NCBI GenBank assembly: GCA_903899375.1
Contig: CAIUIT010000081.1
Coordinates: forward strand, 1 to 63,060
Length of the DNA: 63,060 nt
Direction: 5' to 3'
Origin: an uncultured Actinomycetes bacterium
GTDB taxonomy: Bacteria; Actinomycetota; Actinomycetes; Nanopelagicales; Nanopelagicaceae
This document shows positions 20,010-28,931 of this stretch, piece after piece. Every line of letters starts with the position of its first letter. Within the stretch, counting starts at the first letter, position 1. The notes beneath the pieces were generated by a model, which ran no database searches, was not told where the DNA came from, and saw only the letters and a program-made list of their open reading frames with translations. The position numbers were made by a program, and so were the translations under genes.

Positions 20010-21170
20010 GTGGCGACACCGCAAAATTATTTGGCCGTTATCAAGGTTGTTGGAATTGGTGGCGGAGGAGTGAACGCTGTCAATCGGATGATTGAAGCGG
20101 GACTCAAGGGTGTCGAATTTATTGCTATCAATACCGATGCACAGCAACTCATTATGAGTGATGCCGATGTGAAATTAGATATCGGTCGTAAATCAACTCG
20201 TGGTCTTGGGGCTGGCGCATCTCCTGAAGTTGGACGGCAAGCCGCACTTGATCATATTGAAGAGATCGAAGAAGTACTACGAGGTGCTGATATGGTTTTT
20301 GTAACAGCGGGTGAAGGTGGTGGTACTGGTACCGGAGGTGCACCAATCATCGCAAAAGTTGCAAAAGATTTAGGAGCGCTCACTGTTGGTGTTGTCACTA
20401 AGCCATTTTCATTTGAAGCCAAGCACCGCACCCTCCAAGCCGAAGAAGGAATTGAACTTCTTCGAATTGAGGTTGATACCTTGATAGTTATTCCTAATGA
20501 TCGATTGCTTGCAATATCAGATCGCTCTATCACCGCTGTAGAAGCTTTCCGTAGCGCAGATCAAGTCTTGCTCTCTGGAGTGCAAGGCATCACAGATTTA
20601 ATTACAACTCCCGGCCTCATCAACCTGGACTTTGCCGATGTCAAGAGCGTTATGCAGGGTGCCGGTTCTGCGCTCATGGGAATCGGATCTGCCAGGGGAG
20701 AGGCTCGCGCAACGCGGGCCGCTGAATTGGCTATCGCTAGTCCATTATTAGAAGCATCGATAGATGGCGCACGTGGCGTGCTTCTCTCTATCGCTGGAGG
20801 TTCCGATTTGGGTCTCTTTGAATTGAGCGAAGCAGCTGAACTAGTTGCAAAGTCCGCCCATCCTGATGCAAACATTATCTTTGGAACCGTTATTGATGAT
20901 GCGCTAGGCGATGAAGTTCGAATCACGGTAATTGCTGCGGGCTTTGATGGTGGTGCGCCAAAGAGGGCACCAATGCCAACTATCGACGCTGCCGCGCTTA
21001 GCGGTCAAGCAGATCCGATAGCAGCAAATGATCCGATTGCTGTTGCGCTCGAGCTCGATGGAATTGAAGATACCGTGGAAATTACGGTTTCGACGACGCC
21101 CCGACGTCGTGTGACTTTCCAAGATCTTGTGAGTGAGGATGAGATAGACGTTCCTGACTTTATGAAATAA
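20010..21170 (+). CDS. ftsZ: Cell division GTPase FtsZ
   Basis: [17 protein letters not shown] and the tubulin signature [10 protein letters not shown], plus a C-terminal DIPDFMK-type conserved peptide. GTG start preceded by an AGGAGAGG SD. Confidence 0.97.
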   Translation: MATPQNYLAVIKVVGIGGGGVNAVNRMIEAGLKGVEFIAINTDAQQLIMSDADVKLDIGRKSTRGLGAGASPEVGRQAALDHIEEIEEVLRGADMVFVTAGEGGGTGTGGAPIIAKVAKDLGALTVGVVTKPFSFEAKHRTLQAEEGIELLRIEVDTLIVIPNDRLLAISDRSITAVEAFRSADQVLLSGVQGITDLITTPGLINLDFADVKSVMQGAGSALMGIGSARGEARATRAAELAIASPLLEASIDGARGVLLSIAGGSDLGLFELSEAAELVAKSAHPDANIIFGTVIDDALGDEVRITVIAAGFDGGAPKRAPMPTIDAAALSGQADPIAANDPIAVALELDGIEDTVEITVSTTPRRRVTFQDLVSEDEIDVPDFMK

Positions 21171-21779
21171 ATGTCTCGGATTCTCTTTACCTCTCTCCAT
21201 GGCGGAGATCTCAAAGTTGCGAATGCGCGTGAGGCTTTAAGGATTTCCCTCTCTTTGCCAGTTCTGCATTTCATGAAGCAGAGCCATAGCGAGATCGTTT
21301 CAGTCGTTGACGATTCGGGTGGAGAGTTTGAATGTGATGCTCTTATTACAAGCGCAAAAGGGGTGGGATTGGCGGCACTGGCCGCGGATTGCATGCCGAT
21401 AACCTTTTCCGCTGCAGGATGGGTTGGAGTCGCTCACGTTGGACGTGTGGGATTTGCGAAAGGCATTGCGGGAAAGACGGTAACTAAAATGCGAGAACTA
21501 GGTGCGGCTGATATCAGAGCGACAATAGGCCCCAGCATCTGCGGGAAATGCTACGAAGTTGCACCGGATATGTATCAAGAAATTGGTGAACTCTTCCCAG
21601 CCACGAGAACTTCAGATGCACTTCATTCACTTGACCTGCAGTCAGGTGTGACATATGAGTTGGAAACGATGGGAGTTTCTGTTCGTAATCTGAATGTCTG
21701 TACCTTGGAAAACCCACATTACTTCTCCTTCAGAGGTGGAGATGTAGGAGCCCGCCAGGTAGGGCTAATTTCACTATGA
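21171..21779 (+). CDS. pgeF: YfiH/PgeF-family purine nucleoside phosphorylase / peptidoglycan editing factor (DUF152)
   Basis: Conserved ADC.P, H.GR.G, IGPSICGKCYEV and FSFR motifs. The position after ftsZ is typical. At 202 aa it is at the short end for this family. Confidence 0.8.
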   Translation: MSRILFTSLHGGDLKVANAREALRISLSLPVLHFMKQSHSEIVSVVDDSGGEFECDALITSAKGVGLAALAADCMPITFSAAGWVGVAHVGRVGFAKGIAGKTVTKMRELGAADIRATIGPSICGKCYEVAPDMYQEIGELFPATRTSDALHSLDLQSGVTYELETMGVSVRNLNVCTLENPHYFSFRGGDVGARQVGLISL

Positions 21780-22462
21780 CACGGGAAGAAGAGATTGCGA
21801 ATCGACTACTAGATGTAGAGGAACGGATTGCAGGCGCTGCGCACAGAGCGGGTCGAAAGCGCGAGGAGATAGAACTCATTGTCGTGACAAAAAATTTCCC
21901 ACAGACCGATGCACAGATTCTCTATCGACTCGGAATTCGGGCATTTGGTGAAAATCGAGATCAGGAAGGAGCTCTCAAGTCAGAGCAACTGCCGGGGGAT
22001 ATTGCTTGGCATTTTCAAGGACAGATACAAGGAAGAAAGATTAAATCGATAGCCAGTTGGGCTGATTCGGTTCACTCATTGGACTCACTCGATCATGCCC
22101 GCAAATTTGCTTCCGTCGGCGAGAGCAGGGTCCAAAATTTCTTTATCCAAGTAAATCTAGAGCCGGAGCGGGCAGATCGAGGCGGAGTTCGTGCTGAGGA
22201 TCTGGAATCCCTGGTGGAGGCAGTAAAAATGGAGGCCGAGATATTTCCCATAGGACTTATGACAGTGGCTCCCAATGGGCTAGAGCCAGAGCGCGCCTTT
22301 GCCCAAATGAGTGCGATCCACAAGCGCGTCCTCAACTCCTTTCCTACAATGACGGCGCTCTCTATGGGGATGAGTGGAGATTTTGAGGCAGCTATTGCCG
22401 CTGGCGCGACACATCTACGGATCGGGAGTTCAATCCTCGGTTCTCGTGAACTACCAGCCTAA
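21776..22462 (+). CDS. yggS: PLP-binding protein YggS/YlmE family
   Basis: 228 aa alanine-racemase-N-like fold (VVTKNFP lysine, FGENRDQE, HFQGQIQGRK, RIGSSILG). Conserved division-cluster position. Confidence 0.88.
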   Translation: MTREEEIANRLLDVEERIAGAAHRAGRKREEIELIVVTKNFPQTDAQILYRLGIRAFGENRDQEGALKSEQLPGDIAWHFQGQIQGRKIKSIASWADSVHSLDSLDHARKFASVGESRVQNFFIQVNLEPERADRGGVRAEDLESLVEAVKMEAEIFPIGLMTVAPNGLEPERAFAQMSAIHKRVLNSFPTMTALSMGMSGDFEAAIAAGATHLRIGSSILGSRELPA

Positions 22463-22471
22463 AATTAGGCT

Positions 22472-22936
22472 ATGGCTAATGTATTTAAGAAAGCGGCAAA
22501 CTACCTCGGACTTGTAGATGAAGAGGAAGATCTTCAACCTGTCGTTGCAGCCGAAGCGCCTCGTCGCGCAGTTCGCTCGCTTGCGCAATCAGCACGGCCA
22601 ACATTCAACCCGATTCCTGCCCCAGCGTTGATGCCGGTGCAAGAGTCGTTGCCCATCATGGATCAGATCTTTACTATCCATCCTCGTTTTTACAATGAAG
22701 CACGCACGGTAGGCGAGCGTTATCGCATGAGCCAACCCGTCTTGATGAATCTCTCCGATATGGATGAATCTGAGCGTAAGCGCTTGGTGGATTTTGCTTC
22801 GGGCCTGGTCTTTGGATTGCATGGAAGTATTGAACGCGTCACTTCAAAGGTATTTCTTCTCACCCCAGCAAATGTTCGGGTAAGCAGTGAGAATAAGACA
22901 GCAGCGGCAGAAGCAAGTTTCTTCAATCAGAGCTGA
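22472..22936 (+). CDS. sepF: Cell division protein SepF
   Basis: N-terminal amphipathic MANVFKKAANYLGLV and a C-terminal SepF domain (VLMNLSDMDESERKRLVDFASGLVFGLHGSIERV). Confidence 0.9.
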   Translation: MANVFKKAANYLGLVDEEEDLQPVVAAEAPRRAVRSLAQSARPTFNPIPAPALMPVQESLPIMDQIFTIHPRFYNEARTVGERYRMSQPVLMNLSDMDESERKRLVDFASGLVFGLHGSIERVTSKVFLLTPANVRVSSENKTAAAEASFFNQS

Positions 22937-22965
22937 ATTAACCTCGCGGTGGGTGGAGTAAAACA

Positions 22966-23253
22966 ATGAGCAGTCTTGGAATAGTGCTTGTATGGGTGCT
23001 GCAGCTCTTTATAATCTCGCTCTTCGCTCGAGTGATTCTGGATTACATCAGAATATTTTCACCATCGTTTCGCCCACGGGGAGTTGTTCTCGCTATAGCT
23101 GAAGCGGTCTATGCGATTACCGATCCAGTGATGCGCTTTGTCCGCCGTTTTATTCCAGCGCTGCGTATTGGACCAGTCGCGGTTGATATCTCTTTCATCC
23201 TGATCTTCTTCGTAACAGAAATTTTAATTTCGTTCGCTCGTCGCATTCATTAA
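22966..23253 (+). CDS. yggT: YggT/YlmG-family small membrane protein
   Basis: 95 aa with two hydrophobic helices. It follows sepF as in other Actinobacteria. Confidence 0.85.
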   Translation: MSSLGIVLVWVLQLFIISLFARVILDYIRIFSPSFRPRGVVLAIAEAVYAITDPVMRFVRRFIPALRIGPVAVDISFILIFFVTEILISFARRIH

Positions 23254-23254
23254 A

Positions 23255-26200
23255 TTAATCCTTACTAAGCGCGAGCCCTAAACCAATCTCATTGCCTGCA
23301 GTTGCCAATGATTCGTCACGAGAAATAGATAGTGCGAGAACTTCCTCGGAGATTTGATCTACATAGTGCGCGATCGCAGTGGCAACGTCGGCTCCAGAAT
23401 TCCAACGCACATGAATCCGGTCGCTAATATCAAAGCCACTATTTTTTCGCTGCTCTTGAATGGTGCGAATTACTTCGCGCATCAACCCGGCCTGTAGCAG
23501 TTCTGGGGTAAGAGTGAGATCTAGCGCGACGCTTTCACCTGAGTGGCTTGCTACCGACCAACCCTCTTTAGGGGTTTCAGTAATTACTAAATCATCGCTT
23601 GTGAGTTGGGCGACCTTGTCACCGTAGTTAAGGTTATAAATTCCGGATTGGCGCAGAGCGTGTACCAGCTCGGTGGCATTTGCCTGGCTGATGGCAGCTG
23701 CGATCGCTTGCACATCCCCGCCGTAGCGAGACCCAATAGTTCTGAAATTAGCCTTGATTGCGATACTGACAAGACCTTCGCTCTCATCACCGAGAAGATC
23801 GAGTCTTAGGACATTGAGCTCATCTTGAATATGTTCACGAATTTCTGGATCCATTGCCCCCCAACCTGAAGCCGCCACTAGGGCGCGCGAAAGAGGTTGG
23901 CGGATTTTGAGCTTGGACTCAGCTCGAGCGGCTCGTCCTAGTTCAACCAGGCGGCGCGAAAGCGCGACAGATGCCGAAAGCTTGGAGTCGATAACTTCAG
24001 CATCGGTGACGGGGAAAGAGGAAAGGTGCACCGATTCGGTGGCGTTGGGTTGACCCACTCGAATTAAAGTCTGCCAGACATGTTCGGTGATGAAAGGAAC
24101 CATCGGAGACATGAGCTGTGTAAGTGTTTTAAGAGATGTGAAGAGGGTGCTAAGAGCATCGGTATCGCCATCCCAGAATCGGCGACGCGATCGTCGCACA
24201 TACCAGTTTGATAAATCGTCGATAAATGTCGCCAGTAGACGACCGACCTCTTGCGAGTTGAACTCTTCAAAGGCGAGATCTACTGATGTTACTAATTGAT
24301 TGAGTTCTGAGATTATCCAACGATCCATGGTTACTTCAGATGCTCGGCGGTCTGCAGCAAACTCGAAATTAGCCGCGTGGGCGTAGAGGCTGAAGAAAGA
24401 GACAGTGTTCCAATATGTCAGCAAAGTTTTACGAACAACGTCGGAGAGAGCGTCATGTCCAACGCGGCGGGCACTCCATGGTGAACCTGCGGCGAGCATG
24501 TACCAACGCACAGCATCAGCGCCATGTTGATCCATCAGCGGCATAGGTTGCAGAACATTTCCAAGATGCTTGCTCATCTTTCTGCCATCTTTATCCAAGA
24601 TGTGACCAAGGCAGAGAACAGTTTTGTATGACGATTCGTCAAAGACGAGGGTGCCAATTGTCATCAGGGTGTAGAACCACCCGCGTGTTTGATCAATTGC
24701 TTCACAAATAAAGTCTGCGGGATATGCGCCGGCCAACGCTTCAACGGATCCCTCTTTGTGCGGATAACCCCATTGTGCAAATGGCATTGCTCCTGAGTCA
24801 TACCAGCAATCAATAACTTCGCTGACGCGATTCATGGTTTGTGAACATTGTGGACAGGGAAAGGTAATGTCATCGACAAAGGGGCGATGAGGATCGGTGG
24901 CTCTGACATCCTGACCCGAGAGGGTTGAAAGTTCGGCGAGTGAGCCAACGCAATGCAGATGGTTCTCAGGGCAGCGCCACAACGGAAGTGGAGTGCCCCA
25001 ATAACGATTTCGCGAGATGGCCCAGTCGATATTGTTCTCGAGCCAATCGCCGTAACGCCCTGTTTTAATGGTTTCGGGATGCCAATCCGTCTTAGCATTT
25101 TCAGCGATTAACTTCTCTTTGATGGCAGTGGTGCGTATGTACCACGATGGTTGCGCATAGTACATAAGGGGAGTGTGGCAGCGCCAACAATGTGGGTAGG
25201 AGTGCTCGAATTGAAGCTGACGGAAGAGGACGCCACGAGATTTCAATTCGCGGAGCAACGTTTTATCGGCCTCTTTGAAGAAAACTCCTCCTACGAGTGG
25301 AACCTCGGGCAAGAACTTTCCATCAGGTGCCATTGGATTGACGACTGGGAGGCCATATCGACGGCTTACCTGTAAGTCATCGGCTCCAAAGGCCGGGGAT
25401 TGGTGTACTAATCCAGTCCCATCTTCGACGGTGACGTAATCTGCTAATACAATGAAATGAGAATCGGGGATCTCAATGAGATCGAGTGGACGTTGGTAGG
25501 TGATGCGCTCTAATTCCGAACCGAGGAAGGTGGCGATCACCGTGCGATCTTCTCCAAGCAGATGTGCGAGGTTTGTCGCGATGACCAATCTTTCGGTTGT
25601 ATCCTCGCGCGCAATTTCGCAGACTTGGTACTCAACCTTTGGGTTGACGGCAATTGCGGTATTGGAAACTAAAGTCCAAGGAGTTGTTGTCCAGACTAAG
25701 AATGCTGCGCCTAAATCGGCGAGCGCACCTGATGTGGCAGGGAAGCGGACATACACCGATGGATCGGTAACCGTCTCGTAGCCTTGCGCCAATTCGTGAT
25801 CGGATAAACCAGTTCCACAGCGAGGGCAATAAGGAGCGACGCGATGATCCTGGACCAGGAGGCCTTTCTGCCAGATCTGTTGCAGTGACCACCAGACGCT
25901 CTCAACATATTCAGGAGACATCGTCCAATAGGCCTCGTCGAAGTCAACCCAGAAACCCATTCTGCGAGTCATTGAGGTGAACTCATCAACGTGCCGTTGC
26001 ACCGAGTCACGGCACTTTTCATTGAATGCTGCAATGCCATACTTTTCGATATCACCTTTGCCAGTAAAACCTAACTCTTTTTCGACGGCGATTTCGACCG
26101 GTAACCCGTGGCAATCCCAACCAGCTTTGCGTATTACCTGCTTGCCCTTCATCGTTTGATAGCGGGGGAAGAGATCCTTAAAGACGCGCGCTTCAATGTG

Positions 26201-26392
26201 ATGTGTTCCAGGAGATCCATTTGCCGTTGGCGGACCCTCATAGAAAGTCCAACGTGGAGCTCCATCGCGAGCCGAGACGCTCTTAGAGAAGATTTCATTC
26301 TCCTCCCAGAAGGTAAGGATCTGGCGCTCAGTGGCCGGGAGGTCGATCTGAGGCGAGAGGCTGTTAAATGGGTGAGAGCCTTGCGCTGCCAT
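23255..26392 (-). CDS. ileS: Isoleucine--tRNA ligase (long, type-2-like form)
   Basis: 1045 aa with a HIGH-region (PTANGSPGTHH) and a KMSKS loop (RKMSKHLGN), plus an editing-domain-length insertion. Its stop codon lies 1 nt from the yggT stop. Confidence 0.95.
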   Translation of the reverse strand: MAAQGSHPFNSLSPQIDLPATERQILTFWEENEIFSKSVSARDGAPRWTFYEGPPTANGSPGTHHIEARVFKDLFPRYQTMKGKQVIRKAGWDCHGLPVEIAVEKELGFTGKGDIEKYGIAAFNEKCRDSVQRHVDEFTSMTRRMGFWVDFDEAYWTMSPEYVESVWWSLQQIWQKGLLVQDHRVAPYCPRCGTGLSDHELAQGYETVTDPSVYVRFPATSGALADLGAAFLVWTTTPWTLVSNTAIAVNPKVEYQVCEIAREDTTERLVIATNLAHLLGEDRTVIATFLGSELERITYQRPLDLIEIPDSHFIVLADYVTVEDGTGLVHQSPAFGADDLQVSRRYGLPVVNPMAPDGKFLPEVPLVGGVFFKEADKTLLRELKSRGVLFRQLQFEHSYPHCWRCHTPLMYYAQPSWYIRTTAIKEKLIAENAKTDWHPETIKTGRYGDWLENNIDWAISRNRYWGTPLPLWRCPENHLHCVGSLAELSTLSGQDVRATDPHRPFVDDITFPCPQCSQTMNRVSEVIDCWYDSGAMPFAQWGYPHKEGSVEALAGAYPADFICEAIDQTRGWFYTLMTIGTLVFDESSYKTVLCLGHILDKDGRKMSKHLGNVLQPMPLMDQHGADAVRWYMLAAGSPWSARRVGHDALSDVVRKTLLTYWNTVSFFSLYAHAANFEFAADRRASEVTMDRWIISELNQLVTSVDLAFEEFNSQEVGRLLATFIDDLSNWYVRRSRRRFWDGDTDALSTLFTSLKTLTQLMSPMVPFITEHVWQTLIRVGQPNATESVHLSSFPVTDAEVIDSKLSASVALSRRLVELGRAARAESKLKIRQPLSRALVAASGWGAMDPEIREHIQDELNVLRLDLLGDESEGLVSIAIKANFRTIGSRYGGDVQAIAAAISQANATELVHALRQSGIYNLNYGDKVAQLTSDDLVITETPKEGWSVASHSGESVALDLTLTPELLQAGLMREVIRTIQEQRKNSGFDISDRIHVRWNSGADVATAIAHYVDQISEEVLALSISRDESLATAGNEIGLGLALSKD

Positions 26393-26577
26393 CTCATATC
26401 CTCGCTATCGTCTCTTTAGGTGGGCGATTTCCTGAATAATCGCCCGAACTGTGGTGAAAGCGCGAGTCTAGCGCGGCGAAGTTGGTAATTCAGCGCTCTT
26501 CGCTCTAGCCTTCTCGCTCGCGGGTAACTCACAAAGGTGGCCTCTGGTGGCTACTCATATGTGGGCTGACTAGAGAT

Positions 26578-27474
26578 GTGACTATTGATATGACTCCTAC
26601 GGCAAAGAAGGCTCCTGCTAAGAAGGCTGTTTCCAAGAGAGAAATTGCCAAGAAGAGCGCGGTAAAAAAGTCCCCACCAGCAAAAAAGCTCGTGGCGAAG
26701 AAACTAGTGGCTAAGAAAGCAGTGAAATCCGTGCCAGCAAAGAAATCCCCCGTAGCTAGCAGTACCAAGAAATCGGCAACCACCAAGGGCGCTCCCGCCA
26801 AGAAGCTCGCCGGTTCTTCGCCTAAAAGTGTGAAGCCGACCTCGGCGAAGAGCCCGACCGTAGCGAAGATTCCAGCTAAGAAGGCTGTTGGCAAACCCTT
26901 TCCCGCAAAGTTGCAGAGTACGACGACTGGCGATTCAACGACCATCACCGTCACTCCACATGAAGTTAACACCGGCCCCGAAGTTATTATCGAAGAGCGC
27001 CGTTTAGTTATGCCCCCACCACCTCGTCCGGTGAAGAGCGGTAAGCGCAATCACATTCTTAAACCAATCAAAGGCGCGCCTGCTCCATTGGTAGTAAATG
27101 AGAATGAAAATCCTTGGACGGCTGCGGAATTGAAGACAATGCGCTCTGAACTCGCTAAAGAGTTAGTCCGCTTGAAATCTGAGCTGAGCGAAGCCGAAGG
27201 CGAAATGCAAGATCTCATCTCTGCAGCCGGAGTCGGCGCTGGCGACGATCAAGCCGATGCTGGTACCAAGACCTTTGAGCGTGAGCATGAGATGTCACTT
27301 GTGTACAACGCTCGTGACATGGTGCTGCAGACCGAGCGCGCCGTCGAACGGATTGATACCAAGACATATGGCCGCTGCGAAGAGTGCGGGAACGCAATTG
27401 GTAAGGCACGATTGCAAGTCTTCCCTCGTGCAACTCTCTGTATGGCTTGTAAGCAGAAAGAGGAACGGCGCTGA
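26578..27474 (+). CDS. Bipartite protein: histone-H1-like lysine/alanine-rich N-terminal half plus C-terminal DksA/TraR C4 zinc finger (DdbA-like)
   Basis: About 100 residues of AKK/PAKK repeats are followed by a coiled segment and CEECGNAIGKARLQVFPRATLCMAC. It lies between ileS and lspA, as I recall for the Streptomyces counterpart. An ATG at 26590 is an alternative to the GTG at 26578. Confidence 0.8.
   Translation: MTIDMTPTAKKAPAKKAVSKREIAKKSAVKKSPPAKKLVAKKLVAKKAVKSVPAKKSPVASSTKKSATTKGAPAKKLAGSSPKSVKPTSAKSPTVAKIPAKKAVGKPFPAKLQSTTTGDSTTITVTPHEVNTGPEVIIEERRLVMPPPPRPVKSGKRNHILKPIKGAPAPLVVNENENPWTAAELKTMRSELAKELVRLKSELSEAEGEMQDLISAAGVGAGDDQADAGTKTFEREHEMSLVYNARDMVLQTERAVERIDTKTYGRCEECGNAIGKARLQVFPRATLCMACKQKEERR
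26599..26914 (+). repeat. Low-complexity coding repeat (AAG/GCN-rich; AKKx/PAKK peptide repeats)
   Basis: Visible reiteration of aagaag/gctaagaag units encoding the Lys/Ala/Pro-rich domain. It creates a spurious Phe/Ala/Gly-rich antisense ORF (26529..27050). Confidence 0.7.
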
Positions 27475-27971
27475 TTAACTCAGCACCTCATAGAAAAGCA
27501 GTTACATCTTTACTCGCCGTTGCCATATCAATTATTACGCTTGATAGTGGTTCAAAAGTGCTGGCGCTGCACACTTTGGGAGTCAATCCAAAGCCAATTC
27601 TCGGTTCTTTTCTGCAACTGCAGTTGACTGCCAACTCTGGAGCAGCCTTTGGCATCGCACAGAGCGCCACGGTCTTCCTCTCGCTCCTTTCATTCTTAGG
27701 CGTAGCAGGTATTTACCTCTTTTCGAAATCGATTACCGCACGCTCATGGGGGATCGCCTTAGGGTTCCTCTTGGGCGGCATAAGCGGGAATCTTGTAGAT
27801 CGCCTCTTTCGTCCACCCTACTTATTGCATGGCCAGGTGGTTGATTGGATTCGGTTGCCGCACTGGCCGATATTTAACTTGGCAGATACCTCTATTGTTA
27901 TCTCTGCAGTAACCATTGCAATTCTCCTTATAAATGATGTGAAACCGAGGTCCCGTTATGACGTTCCCTGA
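27471..27971 (+). CDS. lspA: Lipoprotein signal peptidase II
   Basis: Catalytic-Asp motifs GNLVDRLF and FNLADTSI, plus NSGAAFG. The conserved first TM helix and the LDSGSK motif are encoded upstream of the listed GTG at 27558, in the same frame. That frame opens at 27453 and contains no ATG, GTG or TTG before 27558. The proposed start is the CTG at 27471 (CTGA overlap with the upstream stop, GAGGA 6 nt upstream). The start assignment is uncertain. Confidence 0.85.
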   Translation: MINSAPHRKAVTSLLAVAISIITLDSGSKVLALHTLGVNPKPILGSFLQLQLTANSGAAFGIAQSATVFLSLLSFLGVAGIYLFSKSITARSWGIALGFLLGGISGNLVDRLFRPPYLLHGQVVDWIRLPHWPIFNLADTSIVISAVTIAILLINDVKPRSRYDVP

Positions 27972-28908
27972 ACGCGAATTAAAGGTGATCTCTATCCCAG
28001 AAGGCTTAGATCAAGAGCGGGTAGATGCCGCACTTGCCCGGATGTTGGGCCTGTCTCGTTCGACGGTTGTTTCGCTCATCGAAAATGAAGAGATCTCACG
28101 TGATGGAAAGCCCGTTACCAAATCAGATAAGGTTTCGACCGCCGATGTGCTCGAGATTTTGATGCCACCGGCAAAGAGTGCACCGCAATTGACGCCAACT
28201 CCGGTGGAAGGTCTAGAAGTCGTCTACAACGACGAACAGATCATTGTCATCAATAAGCCCGCTGGCGTTGCTGCACATCCCAGCCCAGGGTGGCAAGGTC
28301 CAACAGTCATCGGTGCGGTAATTGCTGCTGGATATAACGTATCTACAAGTGGTGCTGCCGAACGGCAGGGAGTTGTTCATCGCCTCGATGTAGGAACCAC
28401 TGGATTAATGGTCATCGCTAAAGATGAGGCCGCATATTCATCGCTCAAGGATCAATTTAGAGATCGCACTGTGACGAAGGTGTATCACGCCATGGTCCAA
28501 GGTCATATGGATCCATCTCAAGGAACTATTGATGCGCCCATCAACCGCCATCCGCGCGAGGATTATCGCTTTGCGGTTGTTGCAGATGGAAAGCCATCTA
28601 TCACTCACTACACCTCCCTTGAACTCTTTCCTGCTGTCTCACTCCTCGAGATCGAACTCGAAACGGGGCGGACCCATCAGATTCGGGTCCACTTTGCCGC
28701 TCTCCACCACCCCCTTGTTGGCGATCTCACATACGGCGCAGATCACACCATCGCAGATCGTTTAAATATCCACCGCCCTTGGCTGCACGCTCGTGAACTC
28801 AAATTTACCCACCCAGTAACGGGGGCAAAGATGGCATTTGCCTCTGAATACCCGCTGGACCTGACACGCTCATTAGACGAGCTTGAGCAAAACAGCCGTC
28901 AGATTTAG
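27958..28908 (+). CDS. rluD: 23S rRNA pseudouridine synthase, RluA/RluD family
   Basis: N-terminal S4-like domain, catalytic HRLDVGTTGLMV motif, TGRTHQIRVH motif. Confidence 0.9.
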   Translation: MTFPERELKVISIPEGLDQERVDAALARMLGLSRSTVVSLIENEEISRDGKPVTKSDKVSTADVLEILMPPAKSAPQLTPTPVEGLEVVYNDEQIIVINKPAGVAAHPSPGWQGPTVIGAVIAAGYNVSTSGAAERQGVVHRLDVGTTGLMVIAKDEAAYSSLKDQFRDRTVTKVYHAMVQGHMDPSQGTIDAPINRHPREDYRFAVVADGKPSITHYTSLELFPAVSLLEIELETGRTHQIRVHFAALHHPLVGDLTYGADHTIADRLNIHRPWLHARELKFTHPVTGAKMAFASEYPLDLTRSLDELEQNSRQI

Positions 28909-28931
28909 CCACAGTAGTAATCTCGCTAACC

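Noticed and set aside
26393-26577. Expected T-box riboswitch upstream of ileS
   Set aside because: The ileS-sense strand of the leader contains no UGG trinucleotide. The obligatory UGGN tRNA-acceptor-binding bulge cannot exist, and no GGUGGNACC-like T-box sequence is seen.
26529-27050. 173-aa minus-strand ORF rich in Phe/Ala/Gly/Leu, opposite the lysine-rich gene
   Set aside because: It is the mirror image of the AAG/GCN repeat (CTT/NGC). It has no start context and no recognisable domain, and it overlaps a well-supported gene. It is an antisense artefact of low-complexity coding sequence.
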